DNA from: Octopus sinensis
Taxonomy: Eukaryota
NCBI RefSeq assembly: GCF_006345805.1
Contig: NW_021833667.1
Coordinates: 1 to 57,589 of the forward strand
Length of the DNA: 57,589 nucleotides
Direction: 5' to 3'
The first letter of the stretch is position 1. Each line of letters starts with the position of its first letter. Shown one piece after another: positions 11,700-24,374 of this stretch. A program made the position numbers and the translations under genes. A model generated the notes under the pieces. It did not search any database, was not told the origin of the DNA, and saw only the letters and a list, made by a program, of their open reading frames with translations.

Positions 11700-11883
11700 G
11701 TCTGTGTTTGTCCTCCCAACAACGCCTGACAACCGATGCTGGTATCTTTATGTCCCCATAACTTAGCGGTTCGGCAAAGATACCGATAGAATAAGTGCTA
11801 GGTTTACAAGAATAAGACTTGGGGTCGATTGTTCGACTAAAAGCGGTGCCCCAGCATGGCCGCAGTCAAATGACTGAAACAAG
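11700..11883 (+). mobile_element. SINE family A, 3' half
   Basis: GACAACCGATGCTGGT...GGTTCGGCAAA...GGTGCCCCAGCATGGCCGCAGTCAAATGACTGAAAC, shared with many copies in the window. Confidence 0.85.
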
Positions 11884-12324
11884 GACATTTTACAAAATAT
11901 ATTTAATTGGAAAGGGTTGCAATTCAGATGACTTGGAGCCTCAGCTGAGGAGAAAATGAAAATATTTTATTGAATCAATAAAATCTTAGTCCCCAGCTTC
12001 ATCCTATAAAATAAAAATAGAGACAGCGGATAACTGACGCGTTCAATGATATTTGTAATGGTTTATAGGTTCCACTTCCTGACACCCAGAAATAGAAAGT
12101 TCATGGTGAAAGAAAATAGTTAACAGAAAAAACTATATTTATATTTTGTTGCGTTTTAGTTAACACACGCACTGGTGCAGTTCTACTTCTCTAGTGTTAG
12201 TCAATCGGCTAAATATCTATTGGCGTAATGACTTTTCCAAGAAACAACAAATTTTGTTTCAACACACGAATTCATATCAAGAATCTTGCAAAGCAAGTAC
12301 AAACGAAGCATATTATTTTATTCT

Positions 12325-12530
12325 TTTTTACTTGTTTCAGTTATTTGACTGCGACCATGCTGGAGCATCATCTGTAGTCGAACAAATCGACTCCAGGATT
12401 TATTCTTTATAAGCATAGTACTTATTCCATCGGTTTCTTTTGCCGGACCGTTAAGTTACGGGGACGTAAACACACCAGCCTCGGTTGTCAAGCGATGTTA
12501 GGGGGACAAACACAGACACACAAACATATA
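12325..12530 (-). mobile_element. SINE family A, 3' half
   Basis: Reverse complement of the family A 3' module. Confidence 0.85.
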
Positions 12531-12558
12531 CACACACATACACACACATGCACGCACA

Positions 12559-12599
<41 letters not shown>

Positions 12600-12600
<1 letters not shown>

Positions 12601-12758
12601 GGAGTGGCTGTGTGGTAAGAACTACCCTTCCCAACTACATGGTTCCGGGTTCAGTCCCACTGCGTAGCACCTTAGGCAAGTGTCTTCTATAGCCTCGGGC
12701 CGACCAAACCCTTGTGAGTGGATTTGGTAGACGGAAACTGAAAAAAGCCCGTCATTAT

Positions 12759-12836
<78 letters not shown>

Positions 12837-12970
12837 ATGTATGTTGTGTGTGTGTATGTTTGTGTGTAAGTGTTTGTACCCACACGATCGCTTGACAACC
12901 GATGTTGGTGTGTTTACGTATCCGTAACTTATCGCTTCGGTAAAAGATGCCGATAAAATAAGTACTAGGC
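12600..12970 (+). mobile_element. SINE family A, near full length, with internal (CA)n/(TA)n
   Basis: Head GGAGTGGCTGTGTGGTAAG...GGTTCAGTCCCACTGCG (A/B-box-like), central microsatellite, 3' module truncated. Confidence 0.85.
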
Positions 12971-13165
12971 TCACATGGCTTTCAAAGAATAGGTCACGGT
13001 CTCAAAGCGACGAAAATATTTTGACAAATTCAATTTAAATGTTGAAGTGAATCTAACGGTTTGAGTGTGTTTTTAAATGGCTTATAAACACCTTCTTCGC
13101 TGCAATTGTTTTTGTTTCAGCACACTATCTCAGATCAAGTCTCTTGCTATGCAAGTACATTCCCG

Positions 13166-13211
<46 letters not shown>

Positions 13212-13793
13212 GAAAGAAGGTATTTAGAATGCTGGATCGTTGTAAAAATATATATTTATTTACACATCACATATTATTTCTTCATAATACCGCTTTCAAC
13301 TACTCCTGTAGTTTCATCGGAAATGTCAGTTTGTAAAGTTTTGCCTATATTTATATTATTGGTAAATGAAGTGGGGAGAGAGAGAGTGTGTGTGAGTGTA
13401 TATAATGGGGAATAGAGGGAGGGAGAAGGTGAAAGAGAGAGAGAGAGGAAGTGATAGGGAGATAGAGGGATGGAGAAGGTGAAAGAGAGAGAATATGGGT
13501 GTGTGTGTTGTCGCACATATACAATGTATGTGTTTTGTTTATTCACCTTATTTACTACCATCTTTATCCCACAGAGGCAGCTGAAGAAGGGGAATGTTCC
13601 TTGTGTTATATGTCTTGTACTTTTTTTTTCGTTGTTTAAGAAAAATGCCCATTTCCTTGGTTTTGTGTTTGTTTCCGTTTCTCATTGTGTTCGACGTTTT
13701 TTTTTTGGTGTCCTGTACCTATATGCATGTATATATAGATGTAGGTACATACATATATGAATGTATATATACATATGTTTTATTTATTATTTG

Positions 13794-13842
<49 letters not shown>

Positions 13843-13884
13843 ATATATATTAGGCGCAGGAGTGGCTGTGTGGTAAGTAGCTTG

Positions 13885-15035
13885 GGATCTTTTCAATTCT
13901 GAAGCCAGGACCACAGATCTTTCTATTAACTAAATAATCTGAAACTTCGTATGCTGATAGAGTCTAGCAAAACAAGACACAGGTTGGAACTAGTTTATTT
14001 GAGAAAAATCTATTTTATGACTTTAATCGTAGATTAAAACTGCGAATTTTAACCAATCAGATTGTTTTTTTTCATGTGTAAAACTTGACTGCATTCTATT
14101 AGTGTGACGTAGAAAGCGCTTTTGTGACGTACTAACGTTCGGAAAACTGTAAACAAACACGGCAGACGAAATACGGCTAGGCATTTCGCCCGGCGTGCTA
14201 ACGTTTCTGCCAGCTCTTTGCTTTTTTATATTTAAATTTCGGCGAAGTTTCTCTTGTCGTAGCACAAGTTTTCCGTCGATTTCCGTAAAAAACTTTTATT
14301 TTTTTACATAAGTAATGAGAGCGAAAGAGACTAAAAGGAAGCGATTTTATGACGAGGGAAGTTTGTCTTTGAAGTTACCGTCTAGGGGAAGCATTGATGT
14401 ACATGTGTGTGTGTGTGTGTGTTTGATGGGTTTGGGAGACAGTATGTTGTGTAAGTGAAGTGCTTCTGTTAGTGTGTGTGAAAAACAGAGAGAGTAATGT
14501 GTGAAAGAGAGAGATAACTGAAATTGTTTACTCGATGTATGTGTATATGTATGTCTGCATGTATGTGTGTGTGTGTATGTATCTATGTATGTATGGCCGA
14601 TTCATCGTAATTACGATGAATCGGCCATACATACATACACACACACCATACATACACACACATACTTACACATACACACACCACATACATGCAGACATAC
14701 ATATACACATACACCGAGTAAAAAATTTCAGTTATCTCTCTCTTTCACACATTACTCTCTCTGTCTCTTCACACACGCTTGTTTACATTTAAGATGTTAA
14801 TACGTCACGAAATTGGTGGTCGAGACGGAGTAAATAAAATAAAGCCGAATGACGGAATATCATTGGTTAAAATTCTAATTATTAAACAACGTTAAACTTA
14901 GAAGTTACAATTCCGTTTTCATTCTGGTTTACAATTAAGTTTACTTTTGACACATTCTACCAGTATACGAAGTTTCAAATTGTTTGGTTCAGTAGGAAAA
15001 ATTTGAAAAAACTGGCTTCAGAATAGAAAAGATCT
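13885..15035. mobile_element. Non-autonomous DNA transposon (GGATCTTTTC termini, 8-bp TSD GTAGCTTG) inserted in a family A SINE head
   Basis: TIR GGATCTTTTCAATTCTGAAGCCAG / CTGGCTTCAGAATAGAAAAGATCT. TSD at 13877-13884 and 15036-15043. The SINE head resumes after the element. Confidence 0.9.
14474..14776. repeat. Long palindrome with no spacer, centred at 14610/14611
   Basis: Core TATGGCCGATTCATCGTAA|TTACGATGAATCGGCCATA is perfect; arms extend about 135-165 bp. Confidence 0.9.
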
Positions 15036-15080
15036 GTAGCTTGTCTACCAACCACATGGTTCCGAGTTCAGTCCCACTGA

Positions 15081-15314
15081 AGTAGCAGACACCGGTCGGC
15101 TGGTGATATTTGCCTGGACTTCGTATCTGTATATATACAATATTGAATTTCTAAATCTCTCGTAGAGACGCCCCACCACCGTACATGTCTCTACGAGAGA
15201 TTTAGAAATTCAATATTTCTTATTTTGATAATCAGGGAATAGACTTCACTGAGTTTACATATATACAGATACGAAGTCCAGGCAAATATCACCAGCCGAC
15301 CGGTGTCTGCTACT
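15081..15314. repeat. Hairpin with asymmetric insert, adjoining an HHR
   Basis: AGTAGCAGACACCGGTCGG...CGTATCTGTATATA pairs perfectly with 15260-15314; inner stem 15139-15169 / 15187-15217. Confidence 0.9.
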
Positions 15315-15359
15315 CTAGGCCGATGAAGGACAATGATCCTGAAACACAGTGTCCCTAGA
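15314..15359 (+). ncRNA. Type I hammerhead ribozyme motif (U4>C variant)
   Basis: TCTAGG-CCGATGA-AGGA/caatga/TCCT-GAAAC-ACAGT-GTC^CCTAGA. 6-bp stem I, 4-bp stem II, ACAC/GTGT stem III. Confidence 0.75.
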
Positions 15360-15526
15360 TGCAGTTCCGGCGGTTGGGGGTGTTTGTCTCCCCTTCGTAT
15401 ATGTATATAAGGACACAGGGAAAAAAATGTGTCGAAGCTGTCAGGAGGCGTTCGATGCCTCCTAGGGCTATACAACGGTGGTGTACCCCCTACTGTCACG
15501 TTCTTGTTAGATTGACAGTATACAAC

Positions 15527-15573
<47 letters not shown>

Positions 15574-16416
15574 CATGTGTGTGTGTTTGCTTGTCCCCCA
15601 TCACTGCTTGACAACCGGTGTTGGTGTGGTTACGTCCCTGTAACGTAGTAGTTCGGCAAAATAGACTAATAGAATAACTACAAGGCTTAAAAACAAAGTC
15701 TTGGGGGTCGATGTGTTCGACTAAAATCCTTCAAGGTGCTGCTCCTGCATGGCTGCTGTCAAAATGACTGAAAAAAGTAAAAGAATAAAATAATAAGATG
15801 ATACATAATAGCAATAACACAGAATAACAAAAGTGGGGAGGAGATCTACAAAGGGTAAACCGAGGTCCTGGAACTGAAATGTCTCCCTTCCTGTTGTCGC
15901 CACCAGCTTACAGTCACGCAGTCAGGATAGGCCTATTTAACAGCACAACTTCACCATCCTTAATCACCAGTCATAAAATTTACTGCAAAGCAATACTTCC
16001 TTTATTTTTCTCTTCGTGTGGTATTTTAAGGATGAAAATATAGTCTGAGAGGAAAAGATCTACCCCCAACACAACATCCTTTGCTCTAGCCTGAAGAAAG
16101 AGGAAGACTACTTACACCTTATTGTCAAAAAAAGGCGGTGGGTCGATTTTCACAATATAGTAATAATTGTTTGTGATAGTGTTTATTTCTTTAATAAAAG
16201 GCAAACCGGAAGAACGTAATAAATACGAAGTTTATTATTTGATTACCCCCAGAAAGTTTATCTTTTCATTTAAAAAATAAAAGTGAAAAAAATATTGATT
16301 TTTTGCAATTAAAATTTTCATTTGAGAAGTGGTAACTCTTTTGACCTCTACACATCTCCTCAGACTGATTGGCGAGATTAGTGCAGCTTTGCTAAACCAA
16401 ATCAGTTTTTAATACC

Positions 16417-16807
16417 CTCTTTTACTTGTTTCAGTCATTTAACTGTGGCCATGATGGAGCACCGTCTTTAGTCGAGAATATCGACCCCAGAACTTATTCT
16501 TTGTAAGCCTAGTAATTATTCTATCGGTCTCTTTTGCCGAACCATTAAGTTACGGGGACGTAAACACACCAGCCTCGGTTGTCAAGCGATGTTGGGGGGA
16601 AAAACACAAACACACAAGCATATACACACACATACATATATATACGACGGGCTTCTTTCAGGTTCCGTCTACCAAATCCACTCACAAGGCTTTGGTCAGT
16701 CCGAGGCTATAGTAGAAGACACTTGCCCAAGGTGCCACGCAGTGGGACTGAACCTGGAATCATGTGGTTGGTAAGCAAGCTACTTACCACTCAGCCACTC
16801 CTACGCC
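16417..16807 (-). mobile_element. Full-length SINE family A
   Basis: Complete head, central microsatellite, 3' module and CTGAAACAAGTAAAAGAG tail on the minus strand. Confidence 0.9.
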
Positions 16808-17399
16808 TATATGATCTAGTTAGGAGAAGAAGTAGTCCAGTAAATGTACACCAGGACCCACCACTAATTGCAACAGAAACGAAACCAGTGTTATTTGTCT
16901 TGGATAAAGGTTTCTTATAACATACTAAAAGTCCCAAAGAATCGTTGGAGTGGAACATGGTGAAATAACAGAATGAAAAAGCATCACTATTTTGCTATGT
17001 TTTAATTTGGCACAACTTCAATTGGTCCTAATGTCTTAACTAATCAAAATAACCTCAAATTAAGAACACCTTTACCTATGTTTTCATTGTTAATTTTTCA
17101 AGTGAAAGTGTTAAAAATGAGTAAACCACCCCATAAAGTTAAAAATAACTTACCCCATGTTCCCCCTCCCGCACACACATATACATCCACGATAAAATTG
17201 TTTACCAGGGTAAAATAAAAACTCCTAATCCCAGGTGCTTTCGATTATATTGACATCATCAGGGGATAAGAAAGTAAATAAAATACGTAGTTAAACACAA
17301 GTCTATACTGTGCAGTAAAAGCTTTCAGTCCACAATGTCCGTCAGGCCAGTTACCTTTTCAGTCAGAATTAGCTGTAATCTCCATCCTCAGCACTGTCA

Positions 17400-19560
17400 T
17401 AGTCATTAATAAACACCTTTGCACTCAGAACAAGCAGGTAAGCATGGAAGCCCTTGCCAGCAGCAGCTACAGTGACTTGCAAGCACACCGCACTAGAGTC
17501 AACAAAGACTGTGGTACAGGGACACGGTTAGAGACAACTGGTTCAAACGTTCCATCTGAGAGCTTCCATCCTCAGCTTTCAGTATTCAGTGTGTTCCCCT
17601 GTCATTCTTAGACTTGGTGGTAGACACGCAGGCTATAGTACTTCGTAGTTGCTGATGTTGGTGGCAACATCTTAGGAAGAACTGCCTTATTTCTCGTGGT
17701 GACAAGGGCTTGGAATCGGTGATATTTAACATCATCAAAGAAGTTGCTGGTGTTCCACTTATAGACAATGGCCATTGCCTTCTCACCAGCCATGATGATG
17801 TCCTCCTTTGTTGCCCTTTTACTCCTGAACACTTCCTCCTGTTCCCGAAATACCTCGCTGTCTTGAATAAGTTTGAAACCTGCCGCCTTCCCGATCCCAA
17901 AAATCCTGGATGTGGTATCACTCTCCAAGAAATCATGCACAAAGAGATTATGCCTGCAAACCTGGGCCCCAAGCTTATGCTTGATCGAATTAACCCCCAT
18001 GCATTTGACTTCTGCTCTTTTCTTTGGTTCAGGTCGGAAGTGAATGTCATGTTTGTCTTCTCCTGTAAGGCGCGCGAGGAGAACAAGGAGGTCTGTGTCG
18101 TCTCCGACTAACACAGTTACTCTGTCCTCAGAGGTTCCCACTGCAGTTTGGACAATAAGAGTATCTGCATCCCCTCTGGTATGGTTAACTTCACAACTGT
18201 CTTTGGCCAGGGCATTTCCCAAAAGCTCAAGAAAGCGTTACTTGCTCTTTCGGTTTGAGAGCAATTCTATCTTTTTCAACTGGAGCTTCGTGGACAGGTG
18301 GAATGTCACCTTCCTACCCTCATACTCCACTCGGCGTTGATGAGTGATGTCTTTCGTTGAAGGTCCCGCCTAATAACCATCAAACGCAACCATCAAACAC
18401 AACCAATGCCTGACCATAGTATTTTGTAACATATCTGGTATAGTCCTGCAATATCTTGTCGTATGTTTCACCAAGTTGCCATGGAATGCGATGGAGAAGA
18501 GCACCTCCATCAAGGACGTGTGGTACCTCGAACCAGATGACCAGCTAGTTGTAGTTTTACAGCTTTCGGGAGCTTTTCCTTCCCTTCGAACAAGGCAGGT
18601 GGGTAGTTGCAGAGTTCATAGGTGAGGACATTCGGAAGATCATTTGTCTGAGATCCTGCAATGATGAGTCGTTGAAACAGAAAAAGAGGATCAATCAGTG
18701 CTTCCTCATCACCTATCTTGACTGCAGCGAAGTGTAAGGTTAAATTGACACGTCATGTCACTCGGGTTTATATCAACCATGGGAAAGAACATGGTGGATG
18801 ACTGTCCTGGGTGGTCTCTGTTGTTTACCATTTGCAAGTATCCCGATCACGTTGATCTTGGTAACCGGACTGACAAGGACGTTTTCCACAGATCTACCTT
18901 GGGGCTTTCCCTGTGTTTGGGTTTCTCTGGTAGAGCTTCATACTTGCTATAAGCAAGTTCATCACCAAATGATATGAATTTCTTAATGCTGATGTGTTCT
19001 GCTGCAACAATCTCCTTTGCTGTCACAGACACACGTTTTACCACTGAGGTGCCATCACATTTGGGTGTTACAACTGCTATAATACTCATTCCGTGGAATG
19101 TCACAAGGCCGTCAAGAGTCCTAGTGTCATGATCCACGTTGTCGGCCACTTAATGAACAAACTCCGGAATGTCCAATCCCTGGTTGACAGCTGCTCTCCG
19201 TTCATATTTTTGCACTTCTGAATATGAACTACAGAATCCATGGGCATTCAGTGTGTCAATCAGAAATCTTGAGGCAAAATACGAATGCATGTGCACACCT
19301 AGACCTAATTGCAATGGTGCAGTCAGAACTCTTGGGCGAGCAACCTGCATTATCACATGCCCCAATGAACACACCAACTGTTTTTTTTTTTCTTTTCTAA
19401 CAAATATGGTGTTCAGTAGTAAGCGTAGTGACTCGGGAATATAGTTAGTAGCTTCTGAGATATCACTCATAGAAAGACTAGTTGGATAAGTGTCCTTCAG
19501 TTGTACATCTGACTTAACACCACTTATAATGAGGTTGGCCGCAGTTTCTATCAGTCTCAA
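17400..19560 (-). pseudogene. Disrupted Academ transposase / XPG-like nuclease / Cys zinc-finger coding region
   Basis: ORF pieces 19150-19560, 18847-19149 and 17608-18222 (GDADTLIV, GDDTDLLVLL, DTTSRIFGIGK, LPPTS), then GWKLSDG..VRCACKS..LPCLPACSECKG near 17415-17570. Contains stops and frameshifts. Confidence 0.8.
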
Positions 19561-19623
19561 CCTCTCCGCTTATACCCTATCCCTGGTAAAGGTATAGGGC
19601 AGCCCCAAATCTCTTGGCAGACA

Positions 19624-20109
19624 TTCCCATGTGAAAGATAATGCCTGAAAAACATAGGCTAGAAGACGAAAAATGTCTTGATACCTTCATAAGAAGTGCT
19701 ACTGTGCCTGTCTGTATCTTGGTCGTCTAATCCTGAAATCCAAAAGTTCTCCCCTGAAAAAATATTGTTCCACTCAAAAGATTTTGTGGGAATTTTAGTA
19801 TATCATGAAGGATACCCTACTGGACAAATCCCAACAGGTTTCGTTTCTGCTGCAATTAGTGGTGGGTTCCCATGTGAAAGATAATGCCTGAAAAACATAG
19901 GTTAGAAGACGAAAAATGTCTTGATACCTTCATAAGAAGTGCTACTGTGCCTGTCTGTATCTTGGTCGTCTAATCCTGAAATCCCAAAGTTCTCTCCTGA
20001 AAAAATATTGTTCCACTAAAAAGATTTTGTGGGACTTTTAGTATATCATGAAGGATACCCCACTGGACAAATCCCAACAGGTTTCGTTTCTGCTGCAATT
20101 AGTGGTGGG
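19624..20109. repeat. 243-bp tandem duplication of the Academ subterminal region
   Basis: TTCCCATGTGAAAG...ATTAGTGGTGGG at 19624-19866 and 19867-20109. Confidence 0.92.
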
Positions 20110-20520
20110 TTCTGGGGAATATCAGCTAATTTGACTGGACTAAAGAACAGATACACTGATTTATTCCAGTACCTCAAAGATTTATAGGAAGAAGAGATGA
20201 AATCCTTTTCAGACCAGGGACTTATATTGAGTACTTGCAACAGAACAGTACCCAGGGTCAAGTAGTTGGCAATTAGGGGACATATGGTTAAGGGCTAAAT
20301 GGTGGGCAGGTCTTTTATCGTTACTTGTTTCATTCAGTGGACGGCGGCCATGATGGAGTTCTGACTTTAGTCGAATAACTCATATCCATCCCACCCCACA
20401 TTACTCCACCCTACCCCACCCTACCCCAGTACTTGTTTTCAAAGGTTTGTTCTTATTCTAATAAGTTTCGGGGATGCAAACAAACAAACCAACACCTGTT
20501 GTCAAGTGGTGGGTGGGGGA

Positions 20521-20557
<37 letters not shown>

Positions 20558-20789
20558 GATGGAGTTCCATACAGTTTTCGTCTACCAAATTCACTCACAG
20601 GGCAATAATCTTCCTTCGATTATAGTAGATCACACTTGCCCAAGGTGCTGCGTAATGGTACTGAACCCGAAGCCACGTTGTTGCAATGAGAGCTTCCTAA
20701 CCACACTGCCATGCCTTGTAGGCAAAAAGGTAGAGTTGATTGAATTGGATCAGCTTCTGATTAATATTTATTTTATTGGTCCAACGCGA

Positions 20790-21720
20790 AAAAGAGAAGA
20801 AAATTGCTAGGGGCAGGATTTGAAGATAAAATATAGGAGGAAAATATTTGAATAAAAGAAATAACCGATGCTACACACACCATTGACATCAACACAACAA
20901 AAATGTCCCTATATCCGAAACAGCACAACGAATATTGTACAGTAGAGACAAACACGAATATAATGAATAAGTTTTCAAGAACAATGAAAATGGCACAACT
21001 GAACAGATTACGGAAAAGTTATTAAAAAAATATATATACGGAGCGAAAATTAACAGGTAAACCTCAACATAGAAGCGATGATCACACAGAGCCACAGGGA
21101 AACAATAATGTGAAACCACAATAAAGCATATTCTTTCAACAACACACAGAACAAAACACACGTCACGAGAGAATCAACAGAGTGGACAATGAAGAAAATA
21201 TAACAAAACACAAGCGAAAACAATAGACAAAATAGAAGTGAGTATATATTGAAATCAATAATCATGGATCAATGAAAACTGTTCTCTGAGATACGAATAA
21301 AGAAATGTCCCGAAAAATATCCAAACATAACTGGATCTCCGAAGAAATTATTTCTAGAGAAACCAAACCTGAACATAATAGGTTAAATAACTTAATTTAC
21401 TAAGTAGGCATGTCAGAAACCGGGAGCGACTCTAATAGAGTAAAATTCCTATTTACCAAACTCACCAGAACAGTGTGAAGAAAATGTAATAAAAATTAAC
21501 ATGAAATTGCCAAGATATATCTTTACTCAACGAAACAGAATGGAAGCGGTCTAGTATGAACAAAGCAGAAAATAGAAAGAAAAATAAAATCGAATTAAAT
21601 ATCAAGAGAATCCAATGTGAAAGGAAGGGTAGAGATCCTGGAAGTAAAAGATGTATTGATCCAGATAAAGAGATGCTGAATAAGAAAAACGATTTCGGAA
21701 AACGTGGCCGCTTCTATAAT
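20790..21720 (+). pseudogene. Possible ancient LINE remnant (A-skewed)
   Basis: Strong purine/A skew, and a DISLLNETEW stretch near 21510-21545 that resembles APE motif II. Heavily decayed. Confidence 0.25.
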
Positions 21721-23257
21721 CAGAGTTGTTTTTCAAATATATATATATATAAACAAATTGTTTCGTGATATCAATAAGGAGAAGAAAAAAACAACAACAA
21801 CGGAAGATACACTGCCAATAACTACTATAATAGAAGAATGTATGGTATGAAACCGTGCTGCGAGATATAAAAATTCGGAAAGGATTAAAAAGAAAAATGG
21901 AGTAGAGGAATAAAAGAACACCAGCAAGCATGACCGAACAGGGAATTTTCCAATCAAGACTGCTAGCATTTTATAAAATTTATAACGAATTGATAGATAA
22001 ACTCCCCAATTTCTAATCGACGTACAAAACAGTGCATATGAAGCTATAGCAACATCGTTCAATGAATTGCATACGCCACTGAGAACAAACTGAATACTTC
22101 AAACACATTCGCCAGTTTATTATTGTCTAACACGCTGGCTATTCATTTTGGGAAATAATAATTTATCAGAGCACAGGCATGGCTTTGCGGTTAAGAAACG
22201 CCTTTTGCAGCCACGTGGTTCAGTTCCACTTCGAGGCCCCCTGTACAAATGTTTTCTACTATAATTCCAGACCAACCAATACCTTATTAGGAGATATCCC
22301 TTGTCTTTTTTTTTTTTTTTACTATGTTGAGGTTTACTTATTTTTTTAAAACCTGGTACTTACCTTATCGGTTGCTTTTGCCGAACCGCTAAGTTACAGG
22401 AAGATCAACACACCAACACCGGTTGTCAAGCAGCGGTAGGGGACAAACACAAATACAGAGACACACACATATAGATATATACACATATATATATATATGT
22501 ACGACGGGTTTCCTTCAGTTTCCGTCTACCAAATCCAGTCACAAGTCGTCATGTGACTACAGCACAAGACACTCGCCCAAGGTGTCACGCAGTGGAACTG
22601 AACCCAGAACCATGTGGTTGGGAAGCAACGCTTGTGCTTATGTATATAGAATTGTCTTTTGTGCCCCAGCCCTCTCATTTTTCGACTACCGGTGCTGGTC
22701 TGTTTACGTTCCCATAACTTAATGCTCCTGCTATAGACACCGTTGGAATAAGTTAAAGAAAAACGTAACTAAAATATTGTGGGATGATACTTTCGTGTAG
22801 AACACTTCAAGGCGGTGCCCCAGCATGGTCACAGACTAATGACTGAAGCAAGTAAAGTATAAAACTTAAATAATATTGGAAACGATATATGGGTATATAG
22901 AGGTGGATAAATATGGTCAGTAGGGTGTCGGATGAAATTCTTCACAGTATTTATTCTTTATGTTCAAAGTTCAAATCTGAACGATGTTAACTTTAACTTC
23001 CATCATCAAAGGGTCGATAAAATGAAGTATCGGTGTCAAATATAAGGAGTCGATTTCGTACTTATGTTGAAAAGGCAACATTAGTTCAATGACCAACGAT
23101 ATTGTAGTAAATTCGGTAAACACGGGAAACAACTCAGGGCATGCTTCCATTTTACTAGACCTCCTCAGCAAAACAGAGTTCAACGTTCACACTGAAGAAG
23201 ACTAATTCCTGTAAAATCACGAAGTAGATGGTACAGTAATGCACACATCTAGGTGGA

Positions 23258-23308
<51 letters not shown>

Positions 23309-23532
23309 TAACTTACACACACACGCACTCACACACATACATACACACACACACACATGCTCACTTACACACTTGCGCGCACAATTTATATCCAGTTATA
23401 AAAACAATTTACCATTAAACTGAAAAATTATTCGATACTTTTTCGGTACAGTACATTATTAAACTTTTAAAGAAGCGGGGTAGAATACTTCGAAGCTTCA
23501 GCTTACCAGTCAGTCACCCTCTGACATATATA

Positions 23533-23585
<53 letters not shown>

Positions 23586-23586
23586 T

Positions 23587-23936
23587 AATATTAGAAAAAA
23601 AAACACCTTTTATCAATTCAATATGAATAATTAAATTACACCATCTAGAAAATTACATATAATAGAAAAGTTAAAATTAAAATAACAATAAAATGTAAAG
23701 ATTAAGTAAATTGCAAAAATAATAATAAAAATGTATATAATAAGCTATTATATTACCTATTATATACATTTTTATACTACCTATTATATACATTTTTATT
23801 ATTATTTTTGCAATTTACTTAATCTTTACATTTTATTGTTATTTTAATTTTAACTTTTCTATTATATGTAATTTTCTAGATGGTGTAATTTAATTATTCA
23901 TTTTGAATTGATAAAAAGTGTTTTTTTTCTAATATT
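23587..23936. repeat. AT-rich inverted repeat, ~155-bp arms (23587-23742 and 23782-23936)
   Basis: CACCATCTAGAAAATTACATATAATAG... pairs with ...CTATTATATGTAATTTTCTAGATGGTG. Confidence 0.9.
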
Positions 23937-24031
23937 TTATATATATATTATATTGTGGTGTAATTTGATTTAGTATTTCTAAATTGAATTCTTTTTCCTT
24001 GTAAGTTTAGATTTTATTCCTCAATAATAAT

Positions 24032-24063
<32 letters not shown>

Positions 24064-24069
<6 letters not shown>

Positions 24070-24194
24070 TTTATAGAAGGAGCTTCTACAGGACTAGAAC
24101 TGTTTCATTCAAAAGAAATCCTCAGGAGCTTCCTGATGATTTCTTTTGAATGAAACAGTTCTAGTCCTGTAGAAGCTCCTTCTATAAAATAAAT
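24064..24194. repeat. 131-nt near-perfect hairpin formed by two head-to-head hammerheads
   Basis: 64-nt arms, 3-nt loop, one mismatch (CTGATGA on plus versus CTGAGGA on minus). Confidence 0.95.
24124..24180 (+). ncRNA. Type I hammerhead ribozyme
   Basis: AGGAGCTTC-CTGATGA (24133-24139)-t TTC/tttt/GAA t-GAAAC (24152-24156)-AG ttctagtc CT-GTA^GAAGCTCCT. 9-bp stem I, 4-bp stem III, short stem II. Confidence 0.8.
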
Positions 24195-24259
24195 TAATTT
24201 ACTCTGCTATGTATTGAGTACCTTATTTACTGTGGTTAACCCCGACTCAACCCGGGACC

Positions 24260-24307
<48 letters not shown>

Positions 24308-24374
24308 CGCATACACACGCACGCACGCACGCACACACACACATACACACATACAAATACACACACACATATTA

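Larger units (their letters stand above)
16833..20142 (-). mobile_element. AcademX-like DNA transposon (internally deleted)
   Basis: Imperfect TIRs ~125 bp (16833-16957, 20009-20142) with termini TAGTCCAGT/ACTGGACTA. 3-bp TSD AAG on both sides. The internal degenerate ORF has ADNVDH..TLDG..TFHG, an XPG/FEN1-like segment and a Cys-rich C-terminus. Confidence 0.8.

Noticed and set aside
17225-17270. Minus-strand CTGATGA...GAAAGC hammerhead-like motif
   Set aside because: No proper UH cleavage triplet in register with stem I, and stem II is poor.
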